Positions 39,900 through 49,274 of a DNA stretch of 64,000 nucleotides are shown here, one piece after another. Origin of the DNA: Nitrospinota bacterium (GTDB taxonomy: Bacteria > Nitrospinota > Nitrospinia > Nitrospinales > VA-1); assembly GCA_027619975.1 (NCBI GenBank), contig JAQCGX010000008.1, positions 8,719 to 72,718 of the forward strand, read 5' to 3'. Every line of letters starts with the position of its first letter. Position 1 is the stretch's first letter. A model generated the notes under the pieces. That model saw only the letters and a list, made by a program, of their open reading frames with translations, searched no databases and was not told the origin of the DNA. A program made the translations under genes and the position numbers.

Positions 39900-41090
39900 C
39901 TACTTCTCATACTCTTCATCGCCTAAGTCTTCTTCCTCGTCCACTTCGACGATTTCCTCGATCTCTTCAAACTCTTCCTCATCCTCCTCATCCTCCTCCT
40001 CGATCTCTTCGCGCTCGAATTCAGGGTATTCCAGTTTGGTGAGAAATTCGGATTCGCCCAATGCATAAAACCCGTCATCGGTGTATTCGTTGCCCTCGAT
40101 ATAAACCCGAAGCAGGTTGCTCATGAGTTCTGATTCGGCGATGGCGATCAATCCGTCATCGGTGACGCCACTGGTCTCGATCATCAACATTTCCAGGTTT
40201 CTGAATACGTCCGAATTAGCGATTAATTTAACGCCTTCATCGCCGATGGGATTGCGGTCGAGAGAAATCAGGGTGAGGTTGTTTAGATACGGCGATTCGG
40301 TCAGATGGCGAATGCCTTCTGCTGTGATACGGTTCAGCTCCAGATAAAGCTTGGTCAGGTTTGCCAGATCCTCGCAATGGCTGATGGCCTTGCATTCCAA
40401 GTCGCCGATTCCGATCTTACTGAGATCGAGCACCGTTTTATCTTCATTCAAGTGGTGACGCAGACGGTTGATGATGAGAAACTCCGAAAACGCATTTTTG
40501 CCTATTTCAGTGAGGGGGTTGTCGGACGAGTCGATGGATTGCAGACTGCTGAACTCTTTGCTCTTGGCAAATTCCAAAGCGCCCTGGTCGGTGATCCCGT
40601 TCTTTCTAATATCCAGATATTCAAGTTTTGAAAGTTGGGTCGATGCCGCCAGATGTTTAAGACCTTCATCACCGATCTTATTTTCAGCCAGGCTCAAGGT
40701 AGTGAGTGATTTTAGATTTGTAGATTCCGCAATGTGCCGTGCGCCTTCGGGGCCGATTTCGTTCCACGCCAGTCTGAGGGAGTTGAGGCTGGGCAACCTT
40801 TCAGACTCGCAAAGGTATTTGACGCCCTCGTCGCCGATTTTATTTTTGTACAGCTTGAGCGATTGCAGGTTGCCAAGGTAATCCGCGGCTCCCAGGCACT
40901 GCGCGGCTTCAGCGCTCAGCTTGTTGCCGCTTATTGTCAGCCGGGTGACTTGCCGGACCGATTTTGATTTGGACAGCGCCTGAACTCCTGAATCGCCCAA
41001 TTTGATAAAATTAAAATCAAGGATTTCGTAATCCCGGCTCAGTTTAAAACCGTTGCGAATAATTCCTTCTATGTTGTAAAACTTTTTCAT
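39900..41090 (-). CDS. Leucine-rich repeat protein, ribonuclease-inhibitor (RNI)-type repeats, acidic C-terminal tail
   Basis: 396 aa. About a dozen ~28-aa repeats of the LxxLxLxxNxIGDEGxxxLAxS type. The last ~45 aa are almost all E/D. Confidence 0.8.
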   Translation of the reverse strand: MKKFYNIEGIIRNGFKLSRDYEILDFNFIKLGDSGVQALSKSKSVRQVTRLTISGNKLSAEAAQCLGAADYLGNLQSLKLYKNKIGDEGVKYLCESERLPSLNSLRLAWNEIGPEGARHIAESTNLKSLTTLSLAENKIGDEGLKHLAASTQLSKLEYLDIRKNGITDQGALEFAKSKEFSSLQSIDSSDNPLTEIGKNAFSEFLIINRLRHHLNEDKTVLDLSKIGIGDLECKAISHCEDLANLTKLYLELNRITAEGIRHLTESPYLNNLTLISLDRNPIGDEGVKLIANSDVFRNLEMLMIETSGVTDDGLIAIAESELMSNLLRVYIEGNEYTDDGFYALGESEFLTKLEYPEFEREEIEEEDEEDEEEFEEIEEIVEVDEEEDLGDEEYEK

Positions 41091-41158
41091 TCAAAACACC
41101 TGTACGATTTCACAGTTATTAAATATTTTGCATGGACAACACCCGGCCTCGGAAATTC

Positions 41159-41929
41159 TCATTCCTCCCAGGGAACGTTGTCGAGAAAGTTTTTCAGGCA
41201 GACGAAATAACCACTATCTCTTGCCAACATCATATCGTTGTGCCCCACTCCCTGCAGAATATTGAGCAGCTTGACCTTGGCCCCCGCCTGTCTGTAATTC
41301 AACTCCGCTTCCTGCGGAGAAATCAAAAAATCATCCTCGCCATGCATGATCAGCAAAGGACATTTGACGTTTGCGATTTTCTTGCTGTTATTAAATAAAG
41401 CATCCTCTTCCGGCGTAGTCTTGCTTATCCTCAAGCCTCTGCGTTCCACCAGGGGAATGGGGTCGGCATATCCACTTTCGATCACACAGCAGGAAATTTC
41501 ATCGAAGGTCGAACACAACTCAATGGCCGCAGCGCTTCCCAGGGAACGACCCATGACGCAGACACTGGGCAAAAACTTTTGATTGTCTTTAAGATGATTA
41601 TATATCACCGAGGCGTCCGTCAACACGTTCCGGAGGGAAGGGGTCCCCTCGCTTTTCCCGTAGCCGCGATAATCGCAAACGATCATTTCCGCGCCCAGGG
41701 CCGTAAATGCCCCTGCCAGCCCATCATAGTCTGAAACCACCTCGCCATTGCCATGAAAAAACAGCAGGCTGTACCGGGCCTCGGGCGATGGATAGCGGCG
41801 GACATGCACGTGGATGTTTTCCTCCACCTCGACATAAATATCTTCAGCCCCTTGCGGACCGGACATGGAATCCGTCCGGGGGAAAAACAGGTTTTTATTA
41901 AATTCTCTGGAGTCAAATACGGAACTCAT
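41159..41929 (-). CDS. Alpha/beta hydrolase
   Basis: 256 aa with a GRSLGS nucleophile elbow, HGNGE and HGEDD segments. Confidence 0.75.
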   Translation of the reverse strand: MSSVFDSREFNKNLFFPRTDSMSGPQGAEDIYVEVEENIHVHVRRYPSPEARYSLLFFHGNGEVVSDYDGLAGAFTALGAEMIVCDYRGYGKSEGTPSLRNVLTDASVIYNHLKDNQKFLPSVCVMGRSLGSAAAIELCSTFDEISCCVIESGYADPIPLVERRGLRISKTTPEEDALFNNSKKIANVKCPLLIMHGEDDFLISPQEAELNYRQAGAKVKLLNILQGVGHNDMMLARDSGYFVCLKNFLDNVPWEE

Positions 41930-41969
41930 GAATTACCTTCGAAAAAAACGATTATTAGCATCTATTTTA

Positions 41970-41996
41970 TTGATAATAATAAACTTAAATTATCAA
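41970..41996. promoter_or_regulatory. Inverted repeat with Fur-box-like half sites in the divergent hydrolase/aconitase intergenic region
   Basis: TTGATAAT-11 nt-ATTATCAA. GATAATAATAAAC resembles GATAATGATAATC. Confidence 0.3.
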
Positions 41997-42159
41997 GTAT
42001 GTTAACCAAAAATGATTGAATTTTTAAATTTTTCGTGACAGAATGTGCTCTTCCTTTTAGCAGTTTCTGTTGAGAATTCGATCCATGGTCAAAAACTAAC
42101 GGCACCGGTTCTGGTGTCCAAGTGTAACTGATTAAATTTTAAATTGAAGGTGAAATCAA

Positions 42160-44418
42160 ATGTTGCTGGAAATCGAACCCATTGAAAAGTTATTTCAGTC
42201 CCTTGAAAAAATTCATGCCGAAGCAAGAAAAAATCTCGGTCGCGGCCTCACTGTCGTTGAAAAAAATCTCTATTCCCATATGGAGCCCACCGACTATTCC
42301 AAGCTGGTACGCGGTGTCTCAAATATATTTCTAAGCCCCGATCGCGTTGCCATGCAGGATGCCACCGCACAGATGGCGATTCTGCAATTCATGTCGGCGC
42401 TAATGCCCAAAGTCGCAACACCAACCACCGTTCATTGCGACCACCTTATCCAAGCCTATACAGGTTCCATGGCCGATTTAAAAGCTGCTGAAGAAACGAA
42501 TAAGGAAGTTTATGACTTTCTTCGCTCTGCCGCAATGAAATACGGCATGGGCTTCTGGAAGCCCGGCTCCGGCATCATTCACCAGGTTGTGTACGAGAAT
42601 TATGCCGTTCCCGGCACCATGCTGATCGGAACCGATTCTCACACCCCCAACGCTGGCGGCATGGGAACAATCGCCATCGGTGTGGGTGGAGCGGATGCAG
42701 TGGACGTCATGACGGGCCAGCCTTTTATGACCGTCATGCCGAAACTGATCGGTATCAAACTCACCGGTAAAATGAGCGGATGGACGGCTTCCAAGGATAT
42801 TATTTTAAAAGTCGCCACCATGCTGACCGTTAATGGCGGTACGGGCAAAATCGTTGAGTATTTTGGTGAGGGCGCACGTGCTTTGAGCGCCACCGGCAAA
42901 GGAACCGTCACCAATATGGGTGCGGAAATCGGCGCCACCACCTCGACTTTCGGCTACGATGAGGAAATGGACCCGTATCTCCGCGCCACCGGTCGTGCGC
43001 CTGTTGCCGATCTTTGTAAGAAATACGCAGAATTCCTGAAATCAGACCCTGAGGTGGAAGCGGACCCTGCTAAATACTACGACGAGGTTTATGAGATCGA
43101 CCTTTCCACCCTGGAGCCGCACATCGTAGGACCGCACACGCCGGACCTCGGGCGGCCCGTTTCGGCCATGAGCCGTGAAGTGGATGAAAAGGGCTATCCG
43201 GAAAAGCTTTCCGCCGCTCTTATTGGGTCCTGCACCAACTCCAGTTATGAAGATATGGCAAGGGCCAACAGTCTGGTACAGCAGGCGCAAAAAGCCGGTA
43301 TCAAAGTTAAGTCCAACTTCATGGTCACACCGGGTTCCGAACAGGTTTACGAAACCATCAAGCGTGACGGAATTTTGAAGAATTTTGAGGATGTCGGCGC
43401 AACCGTGCTAGCCAATGCCTGCGGACCCTGTATCGGCCAATGGAAACGGGAAGATGTTAAAAAGGGAGAAAAAAACAGCATCCTGACCTCCTACAACCGG
43501 AATTTTGCCAAAAGAAACGACGGCAACCCGGAAACACTGGGCTTTATCAGCAGCCCGGAACTGGTGGTCGCCATGGCGTTTGCCGGGTCTATGAAATTTA
43601 ACCCGATAACGGACACGCTGAAAGACAAAGACGGGAACGATTTCAAATTTAAGCCTCCGACAGGAGATGTGCTTCCTGCCAAAGGATACGCTTCCAATGA
43701 CAGCGGTTACGAGAGTCCCACTATGTCGGGCGAGGTTATTATCGATCCGGCCAGCGAACGGTTGGCATTTCTACACCCGTTTCCCAAGCAGGACCCGGTA
43801 CAAGATTATCAAGATATGCCTGTTATGTTCAAAGCCAAGGGAAAATGCACCACCGACCACATTTCTCCGGCCGGACCGTGGTTGGAGTTTCGCGGACATT
43901 TAGATAACATCAGTAAAAACATGTTCCTGGGCGCCACCAACGCTTTCACTGATGGCACGGGGACAGGAAATAATCCCGTCAACGGCGATCAAAAAGGCGC
44001 TGAGCTCAACCAGATCGCCCGTAGTTTAAAGGAAAAAGGAATCGGTTGGGTGGTTGTCGCGGACGAGAATATCGGTGAAGGGTCAAGCCGGGAACACGCG
44101 GCCATGGAACCCAGACACTTAGGTGGACTGGCCTTCATTGCAAAATCCTACGCACGAATTTTTGAAGCCAATCTCAAAAAGCAGGGCGTTTTGTCTCTGA
44201 CCTTTTCCAATAAGGATGACTACGAAAAAATTCTGGAAAACGACAGGGTCACCCTTGATGCACTGGATAAGCTGGCACCAGGTAAACCCGTTACCGCAAC
44301 GGTAAAGCATGCAGACGGGTCCACCGAAAAATTAACGGTGACTCACACACTCAACGAACAGGAGATCCAGTGGTTCCATGCGGGCTCCGCACTCAATTTT
44401 GTGGGACAGCAGAAATAA
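42160..44418 (+). CDS. Aconitate hydratase (~750-aa type)
   Basis: 752 aa with GTDSHTPNAGG, IGSCTNSSYEDM and NACGPCIGQW (three cluster Cys regions). Confidence 0.92.
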   Translation: MLLEIEPIEKLFQSLEKIHAEARKNLGRGLTVVEKNLYSHMEPTDYSKLVRGVSNIFLSPDRVAMQDATAQMAILQFMSALMPKVATPTTVHCDHLIQAYTGSMADLKAAEETNKEVYDFLRSAAMKYGMGFWKPGSGIIHQVVYENYAVPGTMLIGTDSHTPNAGGMGTIAIGVGGADAVDVMTGQPFMTVMPKLIGIKLTGKMSGWTASKDIILKVATMLTVNGGTGKIVEYFGEGARALSATGKGTVTNMGAEIGATTSTFGYDEEMDPYLRATGRAPVADLCKKYAEFLKSDPEVEADPAKYYDEVYEIDLSTLEPHIVGPHTPDLGRPVSAMSREVDEKGYPEKLSAALIGSCTNSSYEDMARANSLVQQAQKAGIKVKSNFMVTPGSEQVYETIKRDGILKNFEDVGATVLANACGPCIGQWKREDVKKGEKNSILTSYNRNFAKRNDGNPETLGFISSPELVVAMAFAGSMKFNPITDTLKDKDGNDFKFKPPTGDVLPAKGYASNDSGYESPTMSGEVIIDPASERLAFLHPFPKQDPVQDYQDMPVMFKAKGKCTTDHISPAGPWLEFRGHLDNISKNMFLGATNAFTDGTGTGNNPVNGDQKGAELNQIARSLKEKGIGWVVVADENIGEGSSREHAAMEPRHLGGLAFIAKSYARIFEANLKKQGVLSLTFSNKDDYEKILENDRVTLDALDKLAPGKPVTATVKHADGSTEKLTVTHTLNEQEIQWFHAGSALNFVGQQK

Positions 44419-44473
44419 AGGCTGTCATGCAATGATCGAGAAGTTCTTGATTTAAAAATATTTTTTATTTTTT

Positions 44474-44509
44474 AAAGGCTTACGGATTTTTGTCCGTAAG
44501 CCTTTTTTT
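44474..44509 (+). terminator. Rho-independent terminator after the aconitase gene
   Basis: 13-bp stem AAAGGCTTACGGA / TCCGTAAGCCTTT followed by a T-run. Confidence 0.8.
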
Positions 44510-44549
44510 GTGGGAGGAAGTAAACGGGTAAACCACTGAGCAAAAATAA

Positions 44550-44681
44550 GAGCATCTCTAAATATTAGTTTTTACAGAAAATAGAATCGTCTGCAAAAGT
44601 TTCTTAAATCAGTGGCACTAAAACAAAAGAAGCTTCTTTGAATTGGCGATTCGGTGCCGTTGTCAATTTTTAGAAGTGCCC
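44550..44681 (-). mobile_element. MITE, TIR family 1, core-less short form
   Basis: 132 bp. Arms are collinear with 14263-14437, but CAGTGGCAC joins TAAAAC directly. TIRs are slightly degenerate. No clear TSD. Confidence 0.75.
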
Positions 44682-45056
44682 TTCATACTGAAGGATGTAT
44701 TTTTAATTGCGGAAACCGAGTACAAACCAAAGGTTTTACTTTCAATAGCAGTCACAATATTAAAAGGCTTAGGGGTTTTTCCCGTGAGTTTTTTTTGGGG
44801 GGAGAACTTGGAAGATCTCTCAATATAGAAATTCATTTACTTTATTCTGATAATAATGTGGTATTAATGTTAAGAGCAATACGCTAAAGATCCCCTGTCA
44901 CCTAATTACAGCGGGAGGATAGTAATGAGTATACTAGTAAGCAACCCTGAAACCCTCGGAGAGCTTTCCGTAAAAGTTAACGATATTTTCATTTATGGTG
45001 ACACTTAAATCAGGGAACTTATTCCCGCCTTAATCCGAGAATTTCATAATCAGCTC

Positions 45057-45728
45057 ATGAGCGACCCTAAAACCTTGGCCGCTTTTAAATCCCACTCTCA
45101 TTCCCCACCAGTTAGCACAGGGTTTCGCAAACCCCTCCCTTCCAAGCGTGGTCCGCTCCAAATCTTGCACCCAATGGGAAAACGACTCACCCAGAGGACC
45201 CAAATCCTCAAAGTGAAGTGCAAAAATAATTCCTCCTCGACACTCCCCCAAAAAACCAATCCTCAGGAACCATTTGAATCCTTAAAATTTCCCGAAAAAC
45301 GTTTCATGGACGCCCTGCCGGAGTTGATTGGTTTTATTGACAGAGATTTGAAGTATAAATTTAATAATACCAGTTATGAAGAGTGGTTCGGCTTAAAAGT
45401 GGAGAGCCTATACGATACCAAGGTCAGTGAGTTGCTCGGGTCTCATTTTAAAAAATTAAAACCCTTCTTTGAACAGACCTTGGAGGGAGAAATCGTCGAG
45501 ATTACGTCACCCGTGTATTTTAAAGGCACTCAAGGGAGAATGGTTCATTCAAGCTATTTTCCTTATTATGGGGAAAATGACACGGTTGAGGGTTTTTTTG
45601 CTGTCGTTAAAGGGGTGACCAATAAATCTGATTTCGAAAAAGCCAAACTCCAATTCTTGAAACCACCCTTCAAAAAAACCCTAATTCCTAATCACACAAT
45701 TGACAATCATATCGGAAAGCACCTTTAA
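45057..45728 (+). CDS. PAS-domain protein
   Basis: The C-terminal ~120 aa (FMDALPELIGFIDRDLKYKFNN..VEGFFAVVKGVT) look PAS-like. The N-terminal ~90 aa are low complexity, so the start is uncertain. Confidence 0.5.
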   Translation: MSDPKTLAAFKSHSHSPPVSTGFRKPLPSKRGPLQILHPMGKRLTQRTQILKVKCKNNSSSTLPQKTNPQEPFESLKFPEKRFMDALPELIGFIDRDLKYKFNNTSYEEWFGLKVESLYDTKVSELLGSHFKKLKPFFEQTLEGEIVEITSPVYFKGTQGRMVHSSYFPYYGENDTVEGFFAVVKGVTNKSDFEKAKLQFLKPPFKKTLIPNHTIDNHIGKHL

Positions 45729-45890
45729 CAGGTTGCTGAAAAACTATTTTTGGGACCTTAAAATGTTAATTTCAAGCTTACTGTTAACTTAAGAAAACCC
45801 GTAGCACAGGCTGGAAAGGCTGTGCCACTTAAAAGCAAAAACCTGCAAAACTTAACCCGCTGACGGATTTTTCTCTTTTTCAGCAACCTG
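45729..45890 (+). mobile_element. MITE, TIR family 2, deleted core
   Basis: 162 bp with perfect 15-bp TIR CAGGTTGCTGAAAAA. The TTAA/TTAA TSD has its left copy containing the PAS gene stop codon. Confidence 0.85.
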
Positions 45891-45959
45891 TTAAAGCTGG
45901 ATGGGGAAATCTAACTCTGGAGGGACTAATTCATTTCGGGTTAATTTAATCATAAAAAG

Positions 45960-45993
45960 ACAAAAAAAACCGACAGGACCGAAGTCCTGCCGG
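45960..45993 (-). terminator. Rho-independent terminator of cspA
   Basis: On the minus strand, CCGGCAGGAC-TTCG-GTCCTGTCGG followed by eight T. Confidence 0.75.
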
Positions 45994-46010
45994 AGCTTTT
46001 TATTCTCGAA

Positions 46011-46211
46011 TTATTTTGGCATCACGTTTGCCGCCTGCGGCCCTTTCGGCCCGGCATTTTTTTCAAACTCAACCGCTTGCCCTTCTTTTAAAGTTTTGAA
46101 CCCGTCCCCCTGAATCGCCGAAAAATGGACAAAAAAGTCTTCTCCCTCTTCAGACTCAATAAACCCATACCCTTTTTTATCGCTGAACCACTTAACTTTT
46201 CCTCCAGACAT
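46011..46211 (-). CDS. cspA: Cold-shock protein (CSD)
   Basis: 66 aa with [12 protein letters not shown] (RNP1) and FFVHFS (RNP2). Confidence 0.9.
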   Translation of the reverse strand: MSGGKVKWFSDKKGYGFIESEEGEDFFVHFSAIQGDGFKTLKEGQAVEFEKNAGPKGPQAANVMPK

Positions 46212-46427
46212 ATCTTAGCTCCTCCCCCTGGAAAACAAATGAACGGCCCACCAAAAAACAACAAAGAATTTTCCAGATATCATGAGTAACGCGTCCCTGT
46301 CAAGCAATTCCTTCGGGCAACCGAATATTCTTCATAAATAACAATTATTTATGAAATTTAAAATTTTCATCTCTCTCGGCTTCTGAAAAACCAATTAATT
46401 TTGTTTTGCGTCCAGCCTCTGCACTAT

Positions 46428-46657
46428 CAGGTTGCTGGAAAACTATTTTTGGAACCTTAAAATGTTAATTTCAAGTTTACTGTTAATTTAAGAAAACCAG
46501 TAGCACAGGCGACCTATCCTTAAAGTCAATGCGGAAGTGCGGAATTTAATTCTGCCTTTCCAGCCTGTGCGCACAGCCTGGAAAGGCTGTGCCACTTAAA
46601 AGCAAAAACCTGCAAAACTTAACTCGCTGACGGATTTTTCTCTTTTTCAGCAACCTG
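46428..46657 (+). mobile_element. MITE, TIR family 2, full-length core
   Basis: 230 bp with TIR CAGGTTGCTGGAAAA / TTTTTCAGCAACCTG and CTAT/CTAT TSD. The core is homologous to the family 1 core. Confidence 0.85.
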
Positions 46658-46698
46658 CTATACTACCAAACAGATTCGACTTGAAAATATTGAAATTA

Positions 46699-47679
46699 AT
46701 GACAAACCCTGAGCTTCTGGTAGATAATTTAAAAGTTTCCTTTTCCAGCAAGGAAGGAAAACTTACGGCTGTCAACGGCATCAGCTACCACCTGAATTGC
46801 GGAGAGACTTTAGCCATAGTGGGCGAGTCCGGTTGCGGTAAAACCGTGAGCGCCCTGTCCATACTGCGACTGATTTCCTCCCCTCCCGGAGAAATCCAAT
46901 CAGGCCGTATCCTGTTCGACTCCAAGGACCTGCTGCAATTGCCTCCCAGAGAACTCAGGGAAATTCGAGGCCGGGATATTGCCATGATCTTTCAGGACCC
47001 GATGACCAGCCTCAATCCGGTGTTAACTCTGGGCGATCAAATCACAGAGCCACTTTTCAGGCACACTTCGTTATCTCGAAAGGAAGCCTGGGAAAAAGCG
47101 GTGGAAATTTTAAACTGGGTGGAAATCCCCTCCCCTGCTGAAAAAATGCATCAATACCCGCATCAGTTGAGCGGCGGCATGCGACAGCGCGTGATGATAG
47201 CCATGGCACTGACCTGCTCGCCACGCATATTGATCGCGGACGAGCCCACGACCGCGCTCGACGTCCTCATCCAGGCGCAGATCATCGATTTATTGCAACA
47301 CATCAAAGGGCAAACGGGAATGTCGATCCTTTTGATCACCCACGACCTCGGCCTAGTCACGGAAATTGCCCAACGAGTCATCGTGATGTATGCCGGAGAA
47401 ATTGTGGAATCCGGCCCCACCGGGCAACTATTCCACAGCCCTAAGCATCCTTACACATTAGGCTTGAAAAATTCCTTGCCCAGACTGGGGCAAAAGAAAG
47501 GCGCCAAAACGCGGCTCACGGAAATTCCTGGTAACGTTCCCTCTTTAAATCAGCTCCCTTCAGGATGCGCCTTTCACCCGCGCTGTCCCGAGGTCATGGA
47601 TCGGTGTAAAACGCAAAAACCCGTTCTGCATAAAGTTGCCCCCGGACACGAAGTCAGCTGCTGGCTGCACGAAATATAA
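46699..47679 (+). CDS. Peptide/nickel-type ABC transporter ATP-binding protein (DppD/OppD-like)
   Basis: GESGCGKT Walker A, LSGGMRQR signature, and the C-terminal oligopeptide-ATPase extension with a Cys cluster. TTG at 46681 or ATG at 46699. Confidence 0.85.
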   Translation: MTNPELLVDNLKVSFSSKEGKLTAVNGISYHLNCGETLAIVGESGCGKTVSALSILRLISSPPGEIQSGRILFDSKDLLQLPPRELREIRGRDIAMIFQDPMTSLNPVLTLGDQITEPLFRHTSLSRKEAWEKAVEILNWVEIPSPAEKMHQYPHQLSGGMRQRVMIAMALTCSPRILIADEPTTALDVLIQAQIIDLLQHIKGQTGMSILLITHDLGLVTEIAQRVIVMYAGEIVESGPTGQLFHSPKHPYTLGLKNSLPRLGQKKGAKTRLTEIPGNVPSLNQLPSGCAFHPRCPEVMDRCKTQKPVLHKVAPGHEVSCWLHEI

Positions 47680-47681
47680 TC

Positions 47682-48668
47682 ATGAATTTGACCGCTGAAA
47701 AACATCACCTTCTCGAAGTCAAGAACCTCAAAAAACATTTTGAGGTGCGCGGAAGTTTCCTGAAAAAAAACGCCTCGAATGTGCGTGCGGTGGATGGAAT
47801 TTCTTTCGTTCTCAAGGAAGGTGAGACTTTAGGATTGGTCGGCGAAAGCGGGTGTGGAAAATCCACCGCCGCCCGTGCCATCCTAAGGTTGGTCGAACCA
47901 ACCTCCGGGGAAATTCTCTATAAAGGCACCGATCTGCTCCGGCTTTGCCACAAGGAAATGCAGCCTTTGAGACGGGAGATGCAGATCATCTTTCAGGACC
48001 CGAACGCTTCTCTCAACCCCCGCAGACGAGTGGGAAGCATTCTCGAAGAACCTTTCGAGATCCACGATGTTGGGCAAAAGGAAGATAGAGAGGATCGGGT
48101 GGCCCAGCTTTTACAAAAAGTCGGGCTTTCCCCGGAACATGCCCGGCGTTTTCCGCATGAGTTCAGCGGCGGCCAACTGCAACGCATCGGCATTGCACGA
48201 GCGATTGCCTTGAACCCGCGCTTGATCGTCGCCGACGAGCCGGTCTCTTCCCTGGATGTGTCTATTCAGGCGCAGGTGATCAACCTCATGCAGGATCTTA
48301 AAGAAACCATGAACATTTCCTACCTGTTCATTTCCCACGACATGGCCATCGTGGAACACTTTTGCGACCGGGTGGCGGTCATGTACCTGGGCAAGATCGT
48401 GGAGATGACCATAAGCGACCAACTTTATAATAACCCACGCCACCCTTACACCGAAGCCCTGCTTTCCGTCATCCCCACCATCGAGTCCGGGAGAAAAAAA
48501 CAACCGCTCCTGATCAAGGGGGACATTCCCAGCGCCGCGAACCCACCGACCGGGTGCGCGTTTCACACCCGCTGTCCGATTAAGGAAAAAATATGCGAGA
48601 CCACCACCCCGGAGCTGAAAGAAGTGGAACCGGGTCATTTTGTCGCCTGTCTGTTGAGGGAGTCTTGA
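47682..48668 (+). CDS. Peptide/nickel-type ABC transporter ATP-binding protein (DppF/OppF-like)
   Basis: [16 protein letters not shown], and the C-terminal extension with CAFHTRCP. Confidence 0.85.
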   Translation: MNLTAEKHHLLEVKNLKKHFEVRGSFLKKNASNVRAVDGISFVLKEGETLGLVGESGCGKSTAARAILRLVEPTSGEILYKGTDLLRLCHKEMQPLRREMQIIFQDPNASLNPRRRVGSILEEPFEIHDVGQKEDREDRVAQLLQKVGLSPEHARRFPHEFSGGQLQRIGIARAIALNPRLIVADEPVSSLDVSIQAQVINLMQDLKETMNISYLFISHDMAIVEHFCDRVAVMYLGKIVEMTISDQLYNNPRHPYTEALLSVIPTIESGRKKQPLLIKGDIPSAANPPTGCAFHTRCPIKEKICETTTPELKEVEPGHFVACLLRES

Positions 48669-48674
48669 ATCGTT

Positions 48675-49136
48675 ATGGAAATAGGAATCATTTCAGACAC
48701 TCATAGTTTGGTGAGGCCGGAAGTGTACGAAGCCTTCGAGGGAGTAGACCTCATCCTGCATGCGGGAGACATCGGCAGTCACGATGTCATCATCGAACTG
48801 GAACCGATCGCGCCGATCAAAGCTGTGCTGGGAAACAACGACGGCCACCTCTCGCACCGATTCGATGAAAAGGTAAAGTTCGAGTTGGGACAACGGATCT
48901 TCAACCTTCAGCATATCCTTGACGATATCCCTGAAGAAACAGCGGCTGATTTAATTTTGATAAAAGAAATTTTTGTGTTCGGGCATTCCCATCAACCCAT
49001 GAACCGGCAGGTGGGTGACACTCTTTATTTCAATCCGGGAAGCGCGGGACCGCGCCGATTCAATCTTCCCATCACCGTGGGACGAATCACTTTGGTTGGA
49101 AATACTGTGAGAGGAAAAATTATTTCACTGGAATGA
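48675..49136 (+). CDS. YfcE/MJ0936-family metallophosphoesterase
   Basis: 153 aa with ISDTH, HAGD, GNND and GHSH motifs. Confidence 0.8.
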   Translation: MEIGIISDTHSLVRPEVYEAFEGVDLILHAGDIGSHDVIIELEPIAPIKAVLGNNDGHLSHRFDEKVKFELGQRIFNLQHILDDIPEETAADLILIKEIFVFGHSHQPMNRQVGDTLYFNPGSAGPRRFNLPITVGRITLVGNTVRGKIISLE

Positions 49137-49274
49137 TCACAGCCCGCCGCCCAGGGCTTTGTCCAGATTGTAGGTGGCGCTGATGAGGGGCAGGTGTGTA
49201 AATGCCTGGGGGTAGTTTCCCAACGGCTCCACCAGGCGATCCCACCTCTTCCGCATACAGGCCGAGAGGATTGG
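49137..49274 (-). pseudogene. C-terminal relic of a glycoside hydrolase family 15 (glucoamylase/trehalase-like) gene
   Basis: The minus strand reads ..[10 protein letters not shown], then after a 1-nt frame slip in a G-run [34 protein letters not shown]. LGNxPQAFxH is the conserved GH15 C-terminal motif. Nothing upstream of it survives. Confidence 0.55.

Noticed and set aside
35888-41090. tRNA-Met-anchored genomic island
   Set aside because: The tRNA 3' end faces the lower-coordinate side, not the accessory-looking genes at 36-41 kb. I found no direct repeat of the tRNA 3' end and no integrase.
45729-46657. cspA plus its two flanking MITEs as a composite transposon
   Set aside because: Each MITE has its own matched 4-bp duplication (TTAA and CTAT). 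The outer flanks of the pair do not match each other. This indicates two independent insertions rather than movement as a unit.
46627-46664. Outward-facing promoter in the right end of the MITE driving the dppD-like gene
   Set aside because: CTGACG and TATACT are 26 nt apart, which is too far for a sigma70-type promoter.
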